Part shown: positions 29,216-39,619 of the stretch, piece by piece
How the letters are laid out: every line of letters starts with the position of its first letter
Numbering within the stretch: position 1 is the first letter of the stretch
DNA from: Acholeplasmataceae bacterium
GTDB lineage: Bacteria > Bacillota_I > Bacilli_A > Acholeplasmatales > Acholeplasmataceae
NCBI GenBank assembly: GCA_963675245.1
Contig: OY775910.1
Span: forward strand, 1,376,001 to 1,440,000
Reading direction: 5' to 3'
Length of the DNA: 64,000 nucleotides
Made by a program: the position numbers and the translations under genes
Notes under the pieces: model-generated
What the model saw: the letters and a program-made list of their open reading frames with translations, nothing else
Told to the model about the DNA's origin: nothing
Database searches by the model: none

Positions 29216-29980
29216 ATGAATAAGTTAAAAATTAAAGATCATAGAAAACTGACAATCGTTTCATTACTATATGTATTATTTGCCTTCTTTATGTTAGTGG
29301 TTGTGACATATGCTTGGTTTGCAAATACAAATCATAATAATGCTAGTCTAATTCAAAATGTTGCAGCAGTTGAAGCAGAATATCAATATTTTGTTTATAA
29401 TGATACATCTCATACTGGTTCACAAGAATTAACATTAATAAATAATACTACGACAACAGGGGAAGACTTAGCTTATGAATTTGTACCAAATCCCACAGTC
29501 GCTAGCTTTATTGATGGTTATATCGCACCAGGCGAAAGATTTTCATTTGCGATTAAAATTACAAATGTTGGATCGGGAACTGGCTATTTAGAAATACAAT
29601 TTGGAAATGTCACATCAATCAATTATGATTTAGAGATTAATCGTATTCAAAATGCAATTTACTTTGAAGTTACTAAAATTGTAAGTTCAGATGGTGTCAC
29701 GGAAAGTGATGATATCAAGGACATTAGTCCTGCACAACATTTTAGTTCATATTTTAACGGTGATATATTTCAACGATATCAAATGTTGAGAAATATTCCA
29801 TTGGGTTATACATCCTCAGATGAAGTCACAATTATATTCTTTGATATTGTATTTGATCCAACGATTTATGGCGAAGATGAATTTGGTATACCTTATACCA
29901 ACTCAAATATTTTCATGGGTCAAACAATTACGGTAAATAATATATATATGTATATTACTTCCAACGAGGTGACACCATGA
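29216..29980 (+). CDS. SipW-cognate signal peptide protein
   Basis: VVTYA^WF; IAPGE...ITNVGS segment resembling the TasA/CalY PG...NxGS pattern. Confidence 0.75.
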   Translation: MNKLKIKDHRKLTIVSLLYVLFAFFMLVVVTYAWFANTNHNNASLIQNVAAVEAEYQYFVYNDTSHTGSQELTLINNTTTTGEDLAYEFVPNPTVASFIDGYIAPGERFSFAIKITNVGSGTGYLEIQFGNVTSINYDLEINRIQNAIYFEVTKIVSSDGVTESDDIKDISPAQHFSSYFNGDIFQRYQMLRNIPLGYTSSDEVTIIFFDIVFDPTIYGEDEFGIPYTNSNIFMGQTITVNNIYMYITSNEVTP

Positions 29981-30684
29981 GAAATATAGCACCTAAATTG
30001 TTTACTTCTTTAGCCATTATCATTTTCATTTTTGCGATTGTTATTATGATTTCTGGCACTTATGCGATTAGAAGGAATGAACCAGTTTATATCTTTGGAT
30101 ATGCACTTGCTGTTGTTCCTACTGAATCAATGGTTGGTGAACATGAAGATTCACTTGATATGAATGATCTCGTTATTATTAGAAAAATTGATATTAGTGA
30201 CATCCATGTTGAAGAACATCCAGTGATTGTCTATCAAGGTACAGGAAATAATAATGCTGATATTCTCATTATTCACAGAGTGATTGGCGAATCAAATGAA
30301 GGTTTAATCACTAAAGGTGATAATGAAGATACGAACGATGTCGCTGATCAATTATTAGTTAATGGTGCTCAAGCATATATTACAGATGATAATATTCAAG
30401 GTATATATGTCGCGAAAATCACTTTTTTAAAACCAATAGCAAATATTATGACGAATTCAAGATCAATGATATTTGCAATAATTGCAGTTATTTTATCGGT
30501 CATTCTCATTTCTGAGTTAATTCATTTTGTTAAAACGCTAGAGGATAAGAAAAAAGAAGATATGGCAAAGCAACACGCATCTTATTTAGCTATAATGAAT
30601 GACGTCACAAGGAAGTCAATCAAAGAGGAAATTAAAAAAGAGTATTTGGCAAACCTAGAGCAATCTAGGGACGCAAAGCTATAG
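29977..30684 (+). CDS. sipW: second signal peptidase I, SipW/S26B type
   Basis: VPTESM (Ser), IIHRVI (His), ITKGDN; flanking TMs. Confidence 0.85.
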   Translation: MRNIAPKLFTSLAIIIFIFAIVIMISGTYAIRRNEPVYIFGYALAVVPTESMVGEHEDSLDMNDLVIIRKIDISDIHVEEHPVIVYQGTGNNNADILIIHRVIGESNEGLITKGDNEDTNDVADQLLVNGAQAYITDDNIQGIYVAKITFLKPIANIMTNSRSMIFAIIAVILSVILISELIHFVKTLEDKKKEDMAKQHASYLAIMNDVTRKSIKEEIKKEYLANLEQSRDAKL

Positions 30685-30734
30685 GGCCTTTCTAAGGTAG
30701 CCAGTTGCACCATTATCGTTGGTAGCTGGCTTTT
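30640..30734 (+). ncRNA. c-di-GMP-I (GEMM) riboswitch 4 with terminator, G20 type, overlapping the 3' end of the second sipW
   Basis: GGCAAACCTAGA-GCAA-TCTAGGGACGCAAAGCTATAGGGCCTTTCTAAGGTAGCCAGTTGC; terminator with TGGTAGCTGGC + TTTT. Confidence 0.9.
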
Positions 30735-30759
30735 ATGCTTTTATAAGAAGAGGAATAAC

Positions 30760-31416
30760 ATGAGAAAATCAAGTCTAATTATCATGTTAATAGTAGCAAC
30801 TTTCACACTTATTGGTAGTGTGTCTTATGCTTGGTTCACGTACGTTGAGAAGAAAAGCTTAGCGACTTTTGAAGCAGGCGTTTTGGCTATTCAAACAAAG
30901 ATAAATGATGATGTTTTCTCAGTCACATATGAAATTTCCGATATTGCTTATATAGATTTTGATAAGGATGTCGTTAATGATAGTTCTAACACGTTTGATT
31001 ATATGGCATCGTCAAACGTTCTCGAAATTGCGCTTGACCCTCAATCACCACTTGCTGTTCACACAGTTACAATTAATGAACCTATTGGACAAGAAGGTTT
31101 GCTATTGTTATTAATTAATGAAGGACTAAATCTAGAATCTGGAGCTCAAATCACGTCTAATTACCACGATCTGATTGAGACGATTACAACCGGTTCTAGC
31201 ACACCAGAAGAAATGAGACTAGCAATCGATTTGTACAATCAAAGTGTTTTAGATGATGTTTATGAGACGATTATGACAGCTTCTGATACACTTTATTTGC
31301 AAGTGGTGGTATGGGGTGATTATGATGAATTATCTGATCAATCAAATTATTTAGATTTGACATTTTCACTAACTGTAACCATTGAGACAATTAATGCAAG
31401 AGGTGCAACACCATGA
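30760..31416 (+). CDS. SipW-cognate signal peptide protein
   Basis: GSVSYA^WFT; FEAGVL; C-terminal VVWGDYD. Confidence 0.72.
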   Translation: MRKSSLIIMLIVATFTLIGSVSYAWFTYVEKKSLATFEAGVLAIQTKINDDVFSVTYEISDIAYIDFDKDVVNDSSNTFDYMASSNVLEIALDPQSPLAVHTVTINEPIGQEGLLLLLINEGLNLESGAQITSNYHDLIETITTGSSTPEEMRLAIDLYNQSVLDDVYETIMTASDTLYLQVVVWGDYDELSDQSNYLDLTFSLTVTIETINARGATP

Positions 31417-32090
31417 GAATAATAGATCGAATACTTCTCATTGCGATGACATTTATGCTGGGTTTGATGGTTGCAGTTATATCAACATATGCATATTTTC
31501 AAATAGCGGAAATACATGGCATCACGCTTTCAGCAGGTGAGTTTGATGTAGAATTACTTGTTAAATTTGATGGTGTGGTTGTTACATATGATAGTCCATT
31601 TTATGATATCGATCGAGGAAAAATTATTGCTAATGCATTTGACAATGCATCAAGCAATTATATCGGAAACATGACAATTGACTTATTAATAACACCTGAG
31701 GTTGCTGCAAGAATGAGATTTAAAATTCAACAGGAATGGATTCTTCAAAGATATTATTTAGATCAAGATCCAGAACATCCAATTGATCCAGTATTTGAGT
31801 CTATCTATCATTCTCAAAAAGCGAGTACATATTACCCATATTCATTGATGTTATGGGCGAATGGTATGACGACCATCTATGAACAAAATGGTATGAACTA
31901 TTATACAAATATTATCCCTAGTAGCACAGAAACGATAATACCAATTATAAATGGTGGAGATTCTTATACCGTGAGAACAAATAGTGTTCTATACGAGGAA
32001 TGTTATGTCTATTTTGATGTATATATTGATTTAGTTCAAGCCAATAGATTCTCTGAAGTATGGGGAATTGATCCAACATATTTCAACTAG
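31413..32090 (+). CDS. SipW-cognate signal peptide protein
   Basis: ISTYA^YFQ; LSAGEFDV; C-terminal VQAN...WG. Confidence 0.72.
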   Translation: MRIIDRILLIAMTFMLGLMVAVISTYAYFQIAEIHGITLSAGEFDVELLVKFDGVVVTYDSPFYDIDRGKIIANAFDNASSNYIGNMTIDLLITPEVAARMRFKIQQEWILQRYYLDQDPEHPIDPVFESIYHSQKASTYYPYSLMLWANGMTTIYEQNGMNYYTNIIPSSTETIIPIINGGDSYTVRTNSVLYEECYVYFDVYIDLVQANRFSEVWGIDPTYFN

Positions 32091-32109
32091 CTAAGGAAAG
32101 GTAATAAAT

Positions 32110-35100
32110 ATGAAACGTGTTATAAAGCGAGTTGCAAGTGTCATTTTAATCATATTAATTGCACTGTTTGCCAGTTCGTTTTTAGGACGCGATTTAATCT
32201 ATGCTGATGGTTATCAAACATCATCAGCTTGGATGGGAGAAGATGTTGGTGTTGCTCCACTATCAGACATATCATTCGATAGTGAATATCGTCCTTTTTC
32301 ATCTGTTATTGATAATTATTTACTAGTTGATACGAATAAGAAGTATGTGATAGAAACAGCGAAAGATCTCTATATGTTTTCAGAACTTTCGAGAGGTGAT
32401 CATTCTGCTCTTTATTTAAGTCTGGATTATGTTTTAGGAAAAGATATTGACTATTTTGCTGCTTTACAAGAAAATATTACCTATTTGTTTACACCTATAG
32501 GTTTTAATACACCATTCACTGGCACATTTGATGGACAAGGTTATGAAATAACAAATTTGATCTTCAGATCAGTAAATTCTACTGAAGATTATGATACATA
32601 TATGCCAGGTTTAGTATTTTATTCTATGTTTTCAAAAACGTCTTCAACAGCTGTCATTGAAAATTTAGGTTTAATCAATCCTTTAATAGTACAAGCAATT
32701 GAAGAAGGTGCTATGACACATGTCTCAGTTTTAGTCGGAGAAAATAGAGGATTAGTTAAAAATGTTTACTACTTAGATAATCGTGGTGACTCATCAGGAA
32801 TCAATGCAGAAGGTAATTTCTTTATATCTGGGTTGGTTTCTAGAAATCTCGGTACAGTGACTAACGCATTTGTTTCATCACCACATATTCGAAGTCTCGC
32901 TATTATCAACAATTTAGCAACATCGGTATTAATTTATTCAAACTCTGGCACCATTGAAAATCTTTATTATGATAGTGATGTATATGAAGATGAAGCAACA
33001 ACATCAGTCACAAATGGTACTGGATTAAGTACATTGGACTTTCAAAATCCAAACAATTTTAATAGTGATTGGTATTTCAGTGATTCATATACAGGATTAA
33101 CAACTGATCCTAATCTTATTAGTCAAACCATCATTGATGCTACATATCCAACGCTTCAAGGTATTGAAGTTGAAAATGGCACTATTCTAATAAATGATGC
33201 TGTTGATTTTGTTTACATGAATGAATTACTTCAAGTGTCTGGTTTATTTAGATCGTCTGATTATATTGTGACACATGATATTGATATGAACCAAGTCTCA
33301 CGTAAAGCTTATCAAGCAGCAAGTGTGGGTTTTTCTGGTTCATTATCAAGTCGATTGGCAGCACCTGAAACAACGCTTTATACGCATCAATCTACACAAG
33401 GTGGATCTTATTTATATCATACGATTATTGGTTTAAAAATCAGTGAAGCGACATTAATTGGTAATTATGCTAGTTATGCATTATTTAGTTCATTATTTGG
33501 TCAAATAAGTCATTTGAACTTATGGGACTTAACAATTATTCCAGAAAATATAATTGAAACAGTGAATCGCGATAAAATTTTAATTGGTGGATTAGCTGCG
33601 AAAGCAACGACAGCGACGATTAATGATGTACATCTTCAAATAACGATTGATATACCAAATGAAATGACGGCACTAGGACAATTGTTAATCGGTGGTATGA
33701 TTGCTGAAGGCTCAGCAACAATTGATTATGTATCAACAACGGGTACTATTGATGAAATGAATTTGACATATAGTTCAAGAGCTAATTATTCTGCTATTGC
33801 TGGTTTAATCGCACATCCAACAAATGCAAGCGCTACACACGCATTAAATCATATAGACATACTTGGACTAAGCTATATAAATACAACAACAGGTACGACT
33901 TATTATGGTGGATTGTTCGGTTTTGGTTCTGTGAACACCTTAGAACGTGTTGTTAATCACGGTGATATCACAACCCAATCTTCCGGATATGTTTATGAGA
34001 CATATGTGGGCGGTATTATTGGTTATCAAGAAGATCTACTTGAAGATATTCAATACGCATATAATAGTGGTAACTTATTACAACACATCAATCAAGAACA
34101 ACATTATCACTTAGCCGGATTTGGTACCGTTGAAGATCTTGAAGATGATTTGGATATTGTTTCAATAACGAATAGTGGATTAATTCAAGTCGATATGATT
34201 ACGGAAATGTCTGAAGCAAATTTACTTGCTATTGATGGTTATGTTTCAGGTGTTCTAATTAGTTATGCTGATGGTGAGATTACAGGTTTATTTCAAACAA
34301 GAAATCAAGATATTGATATTTCAGCCATTTCTTATTTTGCTGGGACACTTTTAGCACTAGATCAAACTGATTTAGTCATGAAACAATCTTATCAAACAGG
34401 TAACCTTGATTTTTATAGTTCGAATATATTGACTCATGATGAATTACATATATCATTGAATGTTTTTGGCACAAATTTGACACAGGAACATTTACGACAA
34501 GAAGGAGATGCAAGTATCTATCTAACAGAAGACTCTTCATCATCTTTAGTCAATGCTAAATTCTTTATTTATGGTGTCATACAAGAAGTTAGTCAAAATT
34601 ATTACGCGAAAGATCTATTTAATGGTGGTAATATCACGTTAGATAAAGATAGTGGTGCTGATATTGTATATGACATCTATATAGGGGGAATTGCTTTTCA
34701 AAATAGAAATACTAATTTTTACTCAGAACATAATATAGATCATGCATCCATCGATATTGAGACCATTGATGGACCTATAAATACAGTTTTAAATAGTGGA
34801 AATATCACGGTTCGCGGTGACTTTGATGGACATGTAAAAGTAGCTGGTATTTTAGTCATGAATGAATCTTTGTTAACTAATGCCATTAATTTAGGAGACA
34901 TTGATATTAGAAATGATGCACAAAGCGCAAATGACCAAATTGAAGCAGCTGGTATTGTATATTTAATGACAAGTGAGTATTCTCAAGTAAGAGATACTGC
35001 AAACAATGGCGATATCGTTGTTGTATCTACATCAAGTGTCGGCTATACACATGCTGCTGGTATTGTCCTAAGGAATGATTTAAATGAGGATTTATCGGTG

Positions 35101-38100
35101 AATTCAATTGGTAGTAATAAGCAGCTTGGTAAAGTGATGTTTAGCATTAATTATGGCAATATTTTTTCATATAATGGTACCAATGAAAGTAGTTATACGA
35201 TTACGTATGAAACACGGTCAAAAGCATCAAGTATATTTGGTATTGGTTTATTATCAGTAGTTAATAATTTCAATTATGGTAATGTCTTTAGTCGCTATTT
35301 AGGTGCTGGTATATTTGGATTTATTTATTATAATCGTTTTGGTGCAATTAATGCAGATGAAGTCTATATATCCAATAATATTAATTATGGTAAAGTTCGT
35401 CAAGTGACGGGTTATAGCAAGAATTCTGAGGTATTCACATATAGTATGTCAACCACACCAAATGAAAGTGAACCTTATGCTTTTGGTGCGATTGTTGGCA
35501 AAATACATATCGGAACTAGTACATGGACATTTCTAGGTAACACGACATACGCCATTGATCGTATCTATTTTGGTTATTTACTAAACTTTGATCCACTAAT
35601 AAATATGTTCGCAAGCGCACCAAGTCCTACTGGGTCCTGGTATGATTTGTTAGGAGGAGATTCAGAAGACGCTAACGCTATATTATTACAAATGTTAGAA
35701 TATATGGCAACTACTAATCCTGCAGATGAATCGGCAGCGCCTTTTACAAGATTTGAAACTGGTGGCTGGATTTCAGGTGAATTCAGTAAAGTCATTACTT
35801 ATCTTGGTGTTTCTGAAAATGAAGATGGTATGTTTTATGAAGGCTTTGGCTTCAGAAGCCAACGACCAGTTTTTAGTGGTACGGATCAATATATAGCTGA
35901 TTACATTGATTATATTCCTGTTGAAAAAGTGAATAATAATTTACTAACTACCATTGAAACCGATACATCATATGCGTATCCTGGTATTTATACATTAGCA
36001 TCCTCAACAGGTATTGGTAATGGGATTTTTATTCCTGATAATTTTACTTTAGAAGGTTTACATCCTTACGATATTGATAGTTCAAATCCTGACCTATCAT
36101 GGGTAGGTGTGACAACAGATCCAACATCAATTAGTTATGCATTATATGAAGAAATGAGACAAATAAATGTCTCATCTGCAACAACAATATATAATTTAGA
36201 GATTATTCAAACTGACATAAATGGCAATCCAATTCAAGACGGATTGACATTATCAAATCCTGTTATTGATGAAGAACGGGGATTGTTGACATATTATATT
36301 CCAAGTAATGCGGTAATTTTAAGTGGTAATACACCAACGTTAAAAGATGTTGACACATACACTGAAGCTGGCCCTGGTGTGACAGGTGTTAGAGTGATTC
36401 CTGAAATACCAGGTAGTGGTTCGATTGAATATGCATATGTTGGCACTCATGTTCGAAGTGGTACTTCGATGATTCCAATTGGACCATATGCAAGTACTGG
36501 TATATATAATCTAACCAACGATCCTAGTAATCCATATGGATATCCACGTGTTGATTCAGTATATAATACATTACCTGAAGCACTTTATGATTGGGTCATT
36601 GCAGGAGATGCATCAGGATCTGGTATTACAGGTAATTTATTTACACATGTACCACACACTAGAACACGTGTCTTATTTTGGTATCGATATGATGCAACTG
36701 GATATCGTGTAGATCGAGTAGGTGGTGCTCAGTCAGCTGGCTATGGTGCTTATAAATATGTCAATTACACCTATTCTTGGGGTACTACTATTCAACGCTA
36801 TGAATATGTTGGTCCAAACCCTGCTTTGGAAACATATGTTTATTCTGGGACAATCAGTGATGTTGATATTTATAATGATTCATCTGTTCGTTTTAAGGCG
36901 AATACAGAAAGTGAATCATATAGTATATCTGAAAATGCGAGTTTAACATATATGGATTCAGATATTCAAACACTTGTATCAATTCCTAGAGCATATGGTA
37001 TTTATGAAAGCATGTATGAAGGAACAACATATATTGATTCAGTAAGTGATCACTATGGTTCTGTTAGAGTTTTCTCTGCGTCATACAATCCTTTAGATTC
37101 ATCTACCTATAGAGATTATGAAATAAGAATCATTCGTACTGCAAATGAATCTATTACAGATTTATCACTACTTAATGTCAATTATCAAAATGGGTTAGAT
37201 ACACCATATAATTATCAAGACGCAACCAGTACAGTAGATCTCTATTATGAGTATGATGGCATTAATGGCACAATCGTTTGGGCATATGATACATACAACA
37301 TACCAGATTTATATAACATTAGACCACTGGTTGAACTCTTTGATAATAATACTCAAGTTAAAGTCAGTTCAAGCTATTATCGATTATCTCAAGGTATCGT
37401 AGAAACTGAAAGTACATTCAACAATCTGACGGGTAGTTGGGGTGTTGGTAGTGTACAAACGAGATTTGAAATTAAAGACGATTTTCCAAGTGGTAATTAC
37501 ACATTATCACTCACTTTAGTGAGTGGATTATCCTATGATATCACCTTCGATAAGATGGAGAGTGCAAACACTTCCGTATTAGAAATCGTTTATCAAGATG
37601 AAGTCATTACACCTACTGGAATGAGTTATACATCTGAGATTCCATATGGTATATATTATCAAATAGGAAATGAAGAAACAGACATTGTTAATTTTACAAA
37701 TTTATCATCATTAACTGATATATATTATACTGACGTTTCAACAAATTTACCTGATTATCTTGAGGGTTTAACGCTATCAACGTTTACGACGATTGATGAC
37801 ATATCTCTTTCAGTAAGCATTATTAATGGTTATCAACATCAATATGCTATTGCATATCATTTAAGTGCTGAAAATGGTTCAACTGCAACCTTTACGCACT
37901 ATTTAGTAGAAGCACCAATGTCTGTCACACCACAGAACATTTATAAAAATGGTGGTGCGTTATCATCCGTTATTGATCCTGTTAATATTGGATATGAAGA
38001 AGCCCCTACCATGCGTGTTGAGTATGCGTTTAATAAAGTATTTTTCCCAGGTGATTCAGTTTTGTCATTGGTTCAAGGATTCACACCGGATAACATTGGT

Positions 38101-39609
38101 GAAACAGCAGTCGAAAATGAAGATTTCTATATGCAAACGATTGATGATGTCGGTTATGAAATTGATTTTGATCGTGATACACCAAAGGGTGAATATACAT
38201 TTCAATTAACGTATAGCAATAGTGTTTTAATATGGGGTCAAACGATTTCTTGGAACTATGTGATGGATACGATTTATGCAGAAAAACTTCCAAATGATAA
38301 TTCACATTTAACCAATATATTATTCGCTTCTGAGTCAGTGTTTGATGAAGTATTGGATGCTTTTAATACCATTATTGAAATTGATGAAGTCACACCATTA
38401 GAATATGAGCAATATTATAATCCGGAAAATCCAACACAACGTGAAATCGTTGCACTACCAACGAGTGGTATTGACTATGATATTTATTATGACTATCCAG
38501 CTTATTGGGTTGTAGGGCAAGTACAACAAACAAACTTGTCAGCTTATTTACCTACATTTTATTTGCCGGATGGTGCATCAATTTATCGAGTAATTGATGA
38601 AGTGAATGTTGGTCCAGAATATCAATCAACATTACTCGCAGCAGATTTTGCAGACTTTGGTACAGGTGAGAGCTTAAACTTTGTTCACTATCGTATCTAT
38701 GCAGAAGATTATGTAACGTATCCTACACATTATACGGATTATTATATTGCTGTTCAAGATACGACAAATAACATTAAGTTTGATGTCACAGTCATTAACG
38801 ACACAGATCAACGTATTGATGAAGTCTTTATTCATGTAAACGTTGCTCAAGTTGGACCAGATTATGAAGATGAAATTACAAATGACATGATTGCAGTATC
38901 CATGAACCTATTTTCTTATTATGATCCAGCATCCATGAGTTACACAAATAATCAATTTATGACATCGATGTATGGTAGATATATGGTTCATGTGGATTTA
39001 CCTGAAGGATTTACTGTAAGCATCGTGTCTCAACAGTTAATTGATCCAGCATCTATGTATTTAGAATCTTCGCGTATTCCTAGAAGATATTATGTAACCA
39101 TTCATATCATTGAAGATACACCAACATCAAGTGAATGGGGATATCAAGAAATTTATGAATTTTCATTATATGAAGATGCTTTAGTCCAAGGGTATACATA
39201 TCATCAAGGAGACAGATTCTTATACAATAATCAAACCTATGAAGTTCAACCTGGATATACATATATATATGATGGCTCAACAAATGCACCAGATACATTT
39301 TCAGCAATTGGATTAAGAAATGTTGATATAAACTATGATCAATTTTCGACCTATTTAATGGGTGATATCGTGTATCATAATGGTGCTTATTATCAAGCAC
39401 TTAGCAGTGTGATAAATGATATCACACCAGATCAAATAAGTGTTGGTAGTGGTACATGGTATGAATTGTCAGAAGATTGGCTAAGTTATAATCATTATGC
39501 TATAGGTGCTAGAGTTTATTACAATGGTGATTATTATATTGCAATAACCAGTAATTACAATGCAAATCCAGAGACTAGTCCATTAGATTGGGAACTTCAA
39601 ATTGTTTAA
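32110..39609 (+). CDS. giant (2499 aa) secreted adhesin-like protein with GLUG-like repeats and C-terminal CBM5/12-like repeats
   Basis: N-terminal signal peptide; FTGTFDGQGYEITNL; many GG(I/L)xG and N(S/Y)G(N/D)I repeats; C-terminal YHQGDRFLYNNQTYEV, YLMGDIVYHNGAYYQA, YAIGARVYYNGDYYIA. Confidence 0.75.
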   Translation: MKRVIKRVASVILIILIALFASSFLGRDLIYADGYQTSSAWMGEDVGVAPLSDISFDSEYRPFSSVIDNYLLVDTNKKYVIETAKDLYMFSELSRGDHSALYLSLDYVLGKDIDYFAALQENITYLFTPIGFNTPFTGTFDGQGYEITNLIFRSVNSTEDYDTYMPGLVFYSMFSKTSSTAVIENLGLINPLIVQAIEEGAMTHVSVLVGENRGLVKNVYYLDNRGDSSGINAEGNFFISGLVSRNLGTVTNAFVSSPHIRSLAIINNLATSVLIYSNSGTIENLYYDSDVYEDEATTSVTNGTGLSTLDFQNPNNFNSDWYFSDSYTGLTTDPNLISQTIIDATYPTLQGIEVENGTILINDAVDFVYMNELLQVSGLFRSSDYIVTHDIDMNQVSRKAYQAASVGFSGSLSSRLAAPETTLYTHQSTQGGSYLYHTIIGLKISEATLIGNYASYALFSSLFGQISHLNLWDLTIIPENIIETVNRDKILIGGLAAKATTATINDVHLQITIDIPNEMTALGQLLIGGMIAEGSATIDYVSTTGTIDEMNLTYSSRANYSAIAGLIAHPTNASATHALNHIDILGLSYINTTTGTTYYGGLFGFGSVNTLERVVNHGDITTQSSGYVYETYVGGIIGYQEDLLEDIQYAYNSGNLLQHINQEQHYHLAGFGTVEDLEDDLDIVSITNSGLIQVDMITEMSEANLLAIDGYVSGVLISYADGEITGLFQTRNQDIDISAISYFAGTLLALDQTDLVMKQSYQTGNLDFYSSNILTHDELHISLNVFGTNLTQEHLRQEGDASIYLTEDSSSSLVNAKFFIYGVIQEVSQNYYAKDLFNGGNITLDKDSGADIVYDIYIGGIAFQNRNTNFYSEHNIDHASIDIETIDGPINTVLNSGNITVRGDFDGHVKVAGILVMNESLLTNAINLGDIDIRNDAQSANDQIEAAGIVYLMTSEYSQVRDTANNGDIVVVSTSSVGYTHAAGIVLRNDLNEDLSVNSIGSNKQLGKVMFSINYGNIFSYNGTNESSYTITYETRSKASSIFGIGLLSVVNNFNYGNVFSRYLGAGIFGFIYYNRFGAINADEVYISNNINYGKVRQVTGYSKNSEVFTYSMSTTPNESEPYAFGAIVGKIHIGTSTWTFLGNTTYAIDRIYFGYLLNFDPLINMFASAPSPTGSWYDLLGGDSEDANAILLQMLEYMATTNPADESAAPFTRFETGGWISGEFSKVITYLGVSENEDGMFYEGFGFRSQRPVFSGTDQYIADYIDYIPVEKVNNNLLTTIETDTSYAYPGIYTLASSTGIGNGIFIPDNFTLEGLHPYDIDSSNPDLSWVGVTTDPTSISYALYEEMRQINVSSATTIYNLEIIQTDINGNPIQDGLTLSNPVIDEERGLLTYYIPSNAVILSGNTPTLKDVDTYTEAGPGVTGVRVIPEIPGSGSIEYAYVGTHVRSGTSMIPIGPYASTGIYNLTNDPSNPYGYPRVDSVYNTLPEALYDWVIAGDASGSGITGNLFTHVPHTRTRVLFWYRYDATGYRVDRVGGAQSAGYGAYKYVNYTYSWGTTIQRYEYVGPNPALETYVYSGTISDVDIYNDSSVRFKANTESESYSISENASLTYMDSDIQTLVSIPRAYGIYESMYEGTTYIDSVSDHYGSVRVFSASYNPLDSSTYRDYEIRIIRTANESITDLSLLNVNYQNGLDTPYNYQDATSTVDLYYEYDGINGTIVWAYDTYNIPDLYNIRPLVELFDNNTQVKVSSSYYRLSQGIVETESTFNNLTGSWGVGSVQTRFEIKDDFPSGNYTLSLTLVSGLSYDITFDKMESANTSVLEIVYQDEVITPTGMSYTSEIPYGIYYQIGNEETDIVNFTNLSSLTDIYYTDVSTNLPDYLEGLTLSTFTTIDDISLSVSIINGYQHQYAIAYHLSAENGSTATFTHYLVEAPMSVTPQNIYKNGGALSSVIDPVNIGYEEAPTMRVEYAFNKVFFPGDSVLSLVQGFTPDNIGETAVENEDFYMQTIDDVGYEIDFDRDTPKGEYTFQLTYSNSVLIWGQTISWNYVMDTIYAEKLPNDNSHLTNILFASESVFDEVLDAFNTIIEIDEVTPLEYEQYYNPENPTQREIVALPTSGIDYDIYYDYPAYWVVGQVQQTNLSAYLPTFYLPDGASIYRVIDEVNVGPEYQSTLLAADFADFGTGESLNFVHYRIYAEDYVTYPTHYTDYYIAVQDTTNNIKFDVTVINDTDQRIDEVFIHVNVAQVGPDYEDEITNDMIAVSMNLFSYYDPASMSYTNNQFMTSMYGRYMVHVDLPEGFTVSIVSQQLIDPASMYLESSRIPRRYYVTIHIIEDTPTSSEWGYQEIYEFSLYEDALVQGYTYHQGDRFLYNNQTYEVQPGYTYIYDGSTNAPDTFSAIGLRNVDINYDQFSTYLMGDIVYHNGAYYQALSSVINDITPDQISVGSGTWYELSEDWLSYNHYAIGARVYYNGDYYIAITSNYNANPETSPLDWELQIV

Positions 39610-39619
39610 GTTGAATGTC

